Virus record (IMG/VR): IMGVR_UViG_3300045988_184227
Source of the DNA: a virus
Length of the DNA stretch: 64,000 nucleotides
Strand: one strand, 5' to 3'
The notes beneath the pieces are model-generated. The model was not told the DNA's origin, made no database searches, and was given only the letters and a program-made list of their open reading frames with translations. The position numbers and the translations under genes are program-made. This document shows, in pieces, positions 58,021-64,000 of this stretch. Positions within the stretch are counted from its first letter, which is position 1; the number at the start of each line of letters is the position of its first letter.

Positions 58021-58050
58021 AAAAAAGAGAACCCGTTTGGATTCTCTTAA
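58021..58050 (-). terminator. Rho-independent terminator downstream of the flotillin-like gene
   Basis: AAGAGAATCCAAACGGGTTCTCTT hairpin followed by a T-run on the minus strand. Confidence 0.65.
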
Positions 58051-58055
58051 TTCTA

Positions 58056-59540
58056 CTATTCTGAAATAACTTCAGGAGTTGCTGGAACTTCTTCAACTGT
58101 TGCAAATTTGATTTGTCGTCCAATCGCATTTCCAGTGATATTAGCTCCAACCAATCCACTTAGAAGTTGGCGGATGTCCATTCCAGAACCTTCGTTGATT
58201 GTGCTGATACTTGTCATAATATCACCAATCATCTTAGAGTTGTTACCATCTCCGTACATTGTGATACTATCAACATTAGCAAGTGGTTGAGTTGCTGCCG
58301 CAACAACTTGAGGTAGAACCTCAAAGTACATTTGAGCGATACCAGCTTGATCCATTTTAGCAAGGGCTTCTGCTTTCTTCTCCAAACCTTCAGCTTCAGC
58401 TTCTAGGCGAAGACGAATTGCTTCCGCTTCTGCACGTCCTTTAGCTTCGATACCCTTAGCTTCTTCTTCTGCTTGACGGCGGTTAGATTCAGCACGGCGT
58501 TCTTGAGCTTCAGATTCTTTTTGTACACGGTACAATTCAGCTTCAGCTTCACGTTGGCTAAGTGTAAGTTGGGCTTCAGCTTCACGTTCTTTCTTGTATT
58601 TTTCTGCGTCAGCTTTAGCTTTGATCTCAGCAGCCAAACGTTGACGTTGAACTTCAACGCCTTTTTCAGCGATAAGTGCTTCTTGTTCTTGTTTCGTGAT
58701 ATCAGCTTGCGAACGCTCAAACTCGATAGTTTTACGTTGACGCTCTGTCTCAATTTCAAGAACAGCTCCGCTCTTAGCAATTTCAGCGTCTGATTTGGCT
58801 TGAAGTTCGGCTTGTTTAATGGTCAATTCAGTCTGACGTTGTGAAATTTCAAGGTCAGCAGCTACACGAGCTTCGTTAGCGAGACGATCTTGTTCAGCTT
58901 TAGTTTCTTTTTCTTCACGTTCTGCAATAGCACGAGCGATTGCAGCGTCTTTCTTGATCGCAACAATATTATCAACACCGAGGTCGAGAATTACGTTATT
59001 TTGATCTTCGAAACTTTGAACCGTGAAGGCGATAACTTCGATACCCATCTTAGCAAGGTCGGGACTAACGTTTTCTTGTACTTTACCAGCAAATTCTTGA
59101 CGGTTGTTTACCATTTCACGCAAGTTCATCTGACCGATGATCTCACGAAGATTACCTTCAAGAACGTCTGTTACTTGTGCAGAGATATCATCTGTGTTCC
59201 AGTTCAAGAAGTTTTCAGCAGCTGCGGCAAGCATTTCTTTTGATGTTCCGATTTTAAGAGTTACAGCAGCGTCAGCTTTAACGTTGATGAAATCTTTCGT
59301 AGGAACAAAGTTTGACGTTTTTACATCAGTTTTGAATTGCTCTACCGAGATGTAATTTCGTGTAGAGAGAAATGGAATCATCCATCCTGCTTCACCAAGT
59401 AGTACTCGCTGTTTTCCTCCACCGGTAATAACAACGGCTTGGTTAGGTGGCGCAATTACGTACCCTGCGTAAAACAATGATAAGAGCACAAGGAATCCAA
59501 CTAATCCCCCAACAATCCAAAAAATAATACCTAAGTCCAA
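58056..59540 (-). CDS. Flotillin-like SPFH protein (FloA/YqiK family), TTG start
   Basis: N-terminal TM helix. SPFH core. Long Ala/Glu/Arg/Lys coiled-coil repeats (EAEAQ, EAEAE). TGATATAAT extended -10 upstream. Confidence 0.7.
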   Translation of the reverse strand: MDLGIIFWIVGGLVGFLVLLSLFYAGYVIAPPNQAVVITGGGKQRVLLGEAGWMIPFLSTRNYISVEQFKTDVKTSNFVPTKDFINVKADAAVTLKIGTSKEMLAAAAENFLNWNTDDISAQVTDVLEGNLREIIGQMNLREMVNNRQEFAGKVQENVSPDLAKMGIEVIAFTVQSFEDQNNVILDLGVDNIVAIKKDAAIARAIAEREEKETKAEQDRLANEARVAADLEISQRQTELTIKQAELQAKSDAEIAKSGAVLEIETERQRKTIEFERSQADITKQEQEALIAEKGVEVQRQRLAAEIKAKADAEKYKKEREAEAQLTLSQREAEAELYRVQKESEAQERRAESNRRQAEEEAKGIEAKGRAEAEAIRLRLEAEAEGLEKKAEALAKMDQAGIAQMYFEVLPQVVAAATQPLANVDSITMYGDGNNSKMIGDIMTSISTINEGSGMDIRQLLSGLVGANITGNAIGRQIKFATVEEVPATPEVISE

Positions 59541-59656
59541 ATATGACTTCCTCCTATATTTGTGATAGGAACATTATATCAAATAAAATAATTAAAAGCA
59601 ATAGTTTTTTTATAAAAAAAGAAGATTTTTTTAATCCTCTTTTTAAATATTTTTAT

Positions 59657-60271
59657 TTAAGAAAATCTATCATCATAGTAAACTTTATCGACTTTTTTAA
59701 GCAAATCAAATACCTCATCTTCGCCACAATATTCAAAGCAACATTCCATCGCCCTATGGTTATTAGACCAATATTTCAGATCTACGAGTATATCTAGAGT
59801 TTCGATTACATCTGTGTTTTTCATCCACTTCAACCACAAATAAAAAATTGGATAATCATCGTCTTCATCCTTTACAAATAGAATATTTTTATCATTTTCT
59901 TTAACTGCTTTTTCATAAAGATGGAGTGATTCCTCATTATCACATTCAACTACAAAATTCTTTAAAAACTCATCACGGTCAAAAGGCTCAATACCAGACA
60001 ACCTCATTTCATCAAAATCAAAAATAATTTCTTCTCCATTGGTAAAGAAAAAAATATTGTCGCACAATTCAAATAAACCAATTAACCCATCAACACCCTC
60101 TTCTTCATAAACTTCCAGCGCTTCTTCTTCACTAAATGCAGGACAACAAGAAGGATCAAACTTTCCAGAATTAAATTCTCTTAAGAAATCTAAAGCGTCA
60201 TTTTCTTCACCAAACAATAAAACAGAACCTGTAAGCTCGTCCCAATAAACATCAAGATTTTTGTATTTCAC
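59657..60271 (-). CDS. Hypothetical acidic protein (GTG start)
   Basis: AGAAAGAAGG lies 8 nt upstream of GTG. Confidence 0.5.
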   Translation of the reverse strand: MKYKNLDVYWDELTGSVLLFGEENDALDFLREFNSGKFDPSCCPAFSEEEALEVYEEEGVDGLIGLFELCDNIFFFTNGEEIIFDFDEMRLSGIEPFDRDEFLKNFVVECDNEESLHLYEKAVKENDKNILFVKDEDDDYPIFYLWLKWMKNTDVIETLDILVDLKYWSNNHRAMECCFEYCGEDEVFDLLKKVDKVYYDDRFS

Positions 60272-60399
60272 GGTTAAAACCTTCTTTCTTTTTTATATCT
60301 TATATTAAATATTATAACAAATAAAAGCGTTTTTGTCAAAGTTAAACAGAATATAAACAAAAAAGCACTGCAATCATTTCAGCGGTGCTTTTTCTGTTT

Positions 60400-61008
60400 T
60401 TAATTCAGCAATTCAAGAATCTTCTCTGCATTAACTTCAGGATCGTCAAATCCGGAAAGGATCAGGAAGTCACAAGGGAAGTCTTCCGAGAGATTCAAGA
60501 ACTCATCTCGAATTTGATAATGAAACTCAAGTGGTTTCGAATCAATAGCGTCACACTCCCGGCCATTTTCAGCTAGTCGTTCTTGAACAGCACGAGGATC
60601 AGCGTCGATCAATACACACAAATCCGGTAGTGCCATATTCTCATCTTCTTGCAAATTGATATCGATGATTTCATTACGAGTTAGATGTGTTCCTGTCAGT
60701 TGATAAACCAAGTTCGAAATGATAGAACGGTCAAAAATGACAATTTTTCCATCATTGATTGCCGGAATAACAACCTGATTGTTTAGCTCCGCACGTGATT
60801 TTGCCATAAGTTCAGTCTGTTCAATCTCATCCAAATCCAATTCACCTTTCCGCCAACGAATGATGTCACCAGCGACTGAGGACTTCTCGTAAGGTTCCTT
60901 CACAAATAGAGTCGTTTCCGGATCAAGATTTTTCTTGAGGATGTTTAAGACCGTTGATTTACCAACGCCTTCTCCCCCTTCAATTGCAATACGATTGTAT
61001 TTTTTCAT
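60400..61008 (-). CDS. tmk: Thymidylate kinase
   Basis: P-loop IAIEGGEGVGKST. DRS..SNLVYQ motif. Typical length of about 200 aa. Confidence 0.75.
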   Translation of the reverse strand: MKKYNRIAIEGGEGVGKSTVLNILKKNLDPETTLFVKEPYEKSSVAGDIIRWRKGELDLDEIEQTELMAKSRAELNNQVVIPAINDGKIVIFDRSIISNLVYQLTGTHLTRNEIIDINLQEDENMALPDLCVLIDADPRAVQERLAENGRECDAIDSKPLEFHYQIRDEFLNLSEDFPCDFLILSGFDDPEVNAEKILELLN

Positions 61009-61135
61009 TAATATAATACCTTCTTTCTTAATATAAAATATCTTTCTAAAATTATAAAAGAAAATAAAAAATTCTGTTATAATTTTAGAGAAGACAAAAA
61101 CTAAATGAATTTAAGAAGGGGAAAGAAGGAGAAAA

Positions 61136-61696
61136 ATGATTAAACTTGCAAACAATTCTAATGAATTTATTGGTTTAGAATCACTATTAAAAGATATTGA
61201 TTCTATTTCAGAAGAGACTATTTTTAGTATTGATTCGGATGAATCATCGTTTTTGTATTATGATTCGTCAAGTAACATTAATGGAATCGAAAACTTAAAA
61301 CTTCCAGCTGATGACAAACTGGATCTTTATTACATCCCGAGCAAAAGGTGCTTCGTCATCAAGAATAAATATTCTGTTTTAGAAACTGAGAGTTCTGATT
61401 TATTGTTTAGAACTGGTATCTCTTTTTCTGTACCAGGATTTGATTCCGGGGATAATTCCTTACTTTTTAGAAATATGAGAGTTGCCTCACAAATCTTGAT
61501 AAAGAAATTTATTAAGGGAGATTTATCTAAGGCAGATGTTGAAACTGTGCGAACTTTGATGTTTGTGATCAACTACGATGAATGTGGAGTTATCAACAAT
61601 ACGATCTCTAATACAAAAATTCTATTTGATGAATTTCAAGCTGAATTATTTATAGATCAAATGAAATCTTATTGTTTGACACAAAACCAAATTTAG
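61136..61696 (+). CDS. Hypothetical protein
   Basis: RBS GGGGAAAGAAGGAG. Terminator at 61700-61730. Confidence 0.5.
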   Translation: MIKLANNSNEFIGLESLLKDIDSISEETIFSIDSDESSFLYYDSSSNINGIENLKLPADDKLDLYYIPSKRCFVIKNKYSVLETESSDLLFRTGISFSVPGFDSGDNSLLFRNMRVASQILIKKFIKGDLSKADVETVRTLMFVINYDECGVINNTISNTKILFDEFQAELFIDQMKSYCLTQNQI

Positions 61697-61975
61697 ATAA
61701 CAAAAAGACCTATTGGGTCTTTTTTATTTATGTTGAAAATTTTTTGTTCGTTTAAGAATCATTAATTGATAATATTTTAGACGTTATTGAAATAAAAAAA
61801 GAGGCTGCATAACAACCTCTTTAATATAAATGTAAGAGACGTAGTGATGTATGGTAGTCATCACAACTTTACTAGAAAAAACCCTCTTTGAATTTTTTGT
61901 AGCGAAGGGCGTTTTATCGCTACTATTAGTTTATCAAATTTTTATTCGTTCGTCAATTACTTTTTTTAGAAATAA

Positions 61976-63802
61976 TTATTTTCTTTTAGATTTAAACTTA
62001 GCAACTCCTAGAAGAGCAACGGAAGCCCCGAGTGCTCCGATTGGAAGTAACATTGATCCAGCTGAAGCTCCAGTTTCTACTGGTTTTTTCTTCTCATCAG
62101 CTTTTTTAGCCTTGTAGTGATGAACAACATCACCGTTATCTAATTTTTCTGTCTTTTCGAAGATGTAACCCTTAAAGTCTTTCTTGTCCTTAGTTCCGTC
62201 AACTTTTTCTAAAACAACTTCCTTACCGTTTTCATCCACACCCTTATAGGTAGTGATGAGCTTATGGTAGTAGTGAGTTGTCACAACGTTCAACTTATCT
62301 GAATTATCAGATTCTGTTTTAACGTACTTGTATCCTTCGAACTCGGATTTTTCAGCAGCAGTATTTTCTTCCTTGAGAACCTTACCATCATCACCTTTGT
62401 GGATTGTCTTGTAAGTTACTTTCTCTTCTACCTTAGTACCAACGAGAACAACCTCATCAACTGGTTCTTTTGTAACTTTGGTATCAACTTTAGGTTCACC
62501 CACACGTTTTCCATTTATCATATTGTAAGTTTTAGTGGTAGATTTCTTACCTAGCTCACCCTTAACTTTAACCTTACGTTCTCCTAACGGAAGTGTAGGA
62601 TCCTTTTCTTCAATTGTTTTGAAAGGAATATCCTCTTCTGATGTATCTACAGAACTTGACTTATTAGGCTCGATTGTATCAACTGCTTTTGCAACTTCTT
62701 TATTTGATACTTGAATAGTACCTGTAATTGTTTTAGTCTCTGAAGGAGTTCCCGTAAACTTGTAGTTTAGAGTGTATTCACCATCCTCCTCAAATTTACC
62801 CTTCCAAGACCAAAATGTTGCTTCACCGGAGTTTTTTTCTAGTTTTTTCTTCACTCCAGTAGGAGATACTAGCTCAACTTCAGTTAAATCTACACCATCT
62901 TCTGCTTTAACAGACACAACCCCGTCAGGAGAAATACGATCCTTAGTAACAGTTGTTTTTAAGCCAGAGCTTTTGAATTTTTCAATAATATCTTTTTGTC
63001 GTACTGCGTCAGTTTTTCCACGAGCGTTGTAAATGTTAGGATGTCCGATTTTTTTCATCTGCTCTTCAGACTTTGTAGTTCCACTGATTTTTGTGTAAAT
63101 CACACTCATAAATGTTTTAGCATTCTTCTTAGACCACTCAGCAAAAGAAGTGTCGATGTCTTCGTTCTGAATCCACTCATCCGTGAATTGAACAACAGAT
63201 ACGTATTTGTTCTTTTTAGCTATGCTCTTTTCGTATGCTTCTTCGTATGGAAGAGTTTCAGAATTTTTATTGTAAATTTTTGAATCTACAGTCTTAAGAT
63301 AATTTTCCCAAGTTGTATACCAGTCAAAATCAGACAGTTTTGATTTATCCTTAACATCATTAAGGACTTTAATAGCGTCAGCCTTTGGAATCAAATTACT
63401 AACGCCTTTTGCAGCATAAGAATCTGTTGTGTTCCAAGTGTAAGAGGCAATCATAACTTGCGATCCTTCAGGAAGAGATTCTACAAGCTTCAAAGCGTCA
63501 CTTAATGCAACGTTTACTTTTTGTCTATGTGGATTATCTCCACTGTCGAAAGGAACAACAAAAGACCCTGATCCGTCGATAATCATAATTAAATCAACTG
63601 GTTCAGCTACAGTCTCAGTTTTCGTATTCACCTTTTCTTCAGCCTTAACATTAAATTTTAGCGTTCTTGATCCAGTAGATCCAGCTTTAAAGGCTTCTGC
63701 GTGTACGATATTACCGCCAACCTGAACAAAAGTCCCAAGTGCTGGTGATACAGTAACCATCAATGCACCAGTAGCCAAGATAGATGATAATTTTTTATTC
63801 AA
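61976..63802 (-). CDS. VWA plus G5-like anchored surface protein, paralog 2. TTG start aligned to paralog 1.
   Basis: MIDAS DLIMIIDGSGS. The C-terminal half is over 90% identical to 41445-43271, including KKPVETGA, a hydrophobic segment, then KRK. Confidence 0.7.
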   Translation of the reverse strand: MNKKLSSILATGALMVTVSPALGTFVQVGGNIVHAEAFKAGSTGSRTLKFNVKAEEKVNTKTETVAEPVDLIMIIDGSGSFVVPFDSGDNPHRQKVNVALSDALKLVESLPEGSQVMIASYTWNTTDSYAAKGVSNLIPKADAIKVLNDVKDKSKLSDFDWYTTWENYLKTVDSKIYNKNSETLPYEEAYEKSIAKKNKYVSVVQFTDEWIQNEDIDTSFAEWSKKNAKTFMSVIYTKISGTTKSEEQMKKIGHPNIYNARGKTDAVRQKDIIEKFKSSGLKTTVTKDRISPDGVVSVKAEDGVDLTEVELVSPTGVKKKLEKNSGEATFWSWKGKFEEDGEYTLNYKFTGTPSETKTITGTIQVSNKEVAKAVDTIEPNKSSSVDTSEEDIPFKTIEEKDPTLPLGERKVKVKGELGKKSTTKTYNMINGKRVGEPKVDTKVTKEPVDEVVLVGTKVEEKVTYKTIHKGDDGKVLKEENTAAEKSEFEGYKYVKTESDNSDKLNVVTTHYYHKLITTYKGVDENGKEVVLEKVDGTKDKKDFKGYIFEKTEKLDNGDVVHHYKAKKADEKKKPVETGASAGSMLLPIGALGASVALLGVAKFKSKRK

Positions 63803-63928
63803 AATAAGTACCAATCCTTTTTTATTTCTTTATCTATTATAGGTTAACGTATCAAGATATTTTGGGCGATTTTGAAAATTAAAAAAGATATCCAACTTGG
63901 ATACCTTTTCATAACTTAAACTTAGTTT

Positions 63929-64000
63929 TTATTTTCTTTTAGATTTAAACTTAGCGATACCAACAAGAGCAACGGAAGCCCCGAGTGCTCCGATTGGAAG
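63929..64000 (-). CDS. Third VWA/G5 anchored-protein paralog, C-terminal end only (truncated by the window edge)
   Basis: 63941-64000 is near-identical to 61990-62050. Translation is LPIGALGASVALVGIAKFKSKRK followed by a stop. Confidence 0.6.
   Translation of the reverse strand, partial: LPIGALGASVALVGIAKFKSKRK

Noticed and set aside
1-64000. CRISPR arrays, rRNA genes and integrase or attachment sites.
   Set aside because: There are no regularly spaced direct repeats with unique spacers. There are no 16S, 23S or 5S signatures. No tyrosine or serine recombinase motifs were seen in any ORF of this window.

Overview
This window is AT-rich (about 33% GC) and is most consistent with a jumbo phage or large phage-like mobile element of a Gram-positive host, though a reduced cellular genome cannot be excluded from sequence alone. 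The supporting signs are strong AGAAAGAAGG-type Shine-Dalgarno sites, frequent TTG starts, extended -10 promoters, and sortase-like anchored adhesins. Coordinates 1-8050 hold a minus-strand array of at least 23 tRNA genes. Three of them carry a CAU anticodon. tRNA-His has an encoded G-1. There are three tRNA-Ser genes with long variable arms. The array is driven by promoters with a stable-RNA-like -35/-10 pair and A-tract UP elements. It also contains several GC-rich non-tRNA segments that look like structured RNA, a Panacea/DUF4065 gene, and a tiny acidic Cys-rich ORF. Coordinates 8.2-22.8 kb form a minus-strand block. It contains a ClpB-type AAA+ chaperone interrupted by a 276-aa Ala1 intein inside the NBD2 Walker A motif. 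It also contains an SSB-like protein ending in DDDLPF, a PspC-domain protein, and a GyrB/ParE/T4-gp39-like type II topoisomerase subunit. A 1.3 kb AT-rich divergent intergenic region (22.8-24.1 kb) has repeats and is origin-like. It is followed by a RecD2/Dda-like helicase and, further on, an AEP-like primase-polymerase candidate. From 26.5 to 58 kb almost every gene is its own cassette. Each cassette has a TTATAATTTAAGAAA-type promoter, a short gene-specific palindrome or 5' hairpin directly abutting the SD, the gene, and an intrinsic terminator. These cassettes encode four paralogous families (A x5, B x3, C x3, D x2) of unknown function. Other content includes guanylate and thymidylate kinases, two SPFH/flotillin proteins, a Toprim-domain protein, an IS605-family TnpB-like nuclease that lacks the usual zinc finger, and three paralogous VWA+G5-like anchored surface proteins. 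Two of these lie in inverted orientation and flank about 18.7 kb. A 15-bp palindrome CTGAAT-WWW-ATTCAG recurs at least 8 times, mostly immediately upstream of ribosome-binding sites. No CRISPR array or rRNA was seen.
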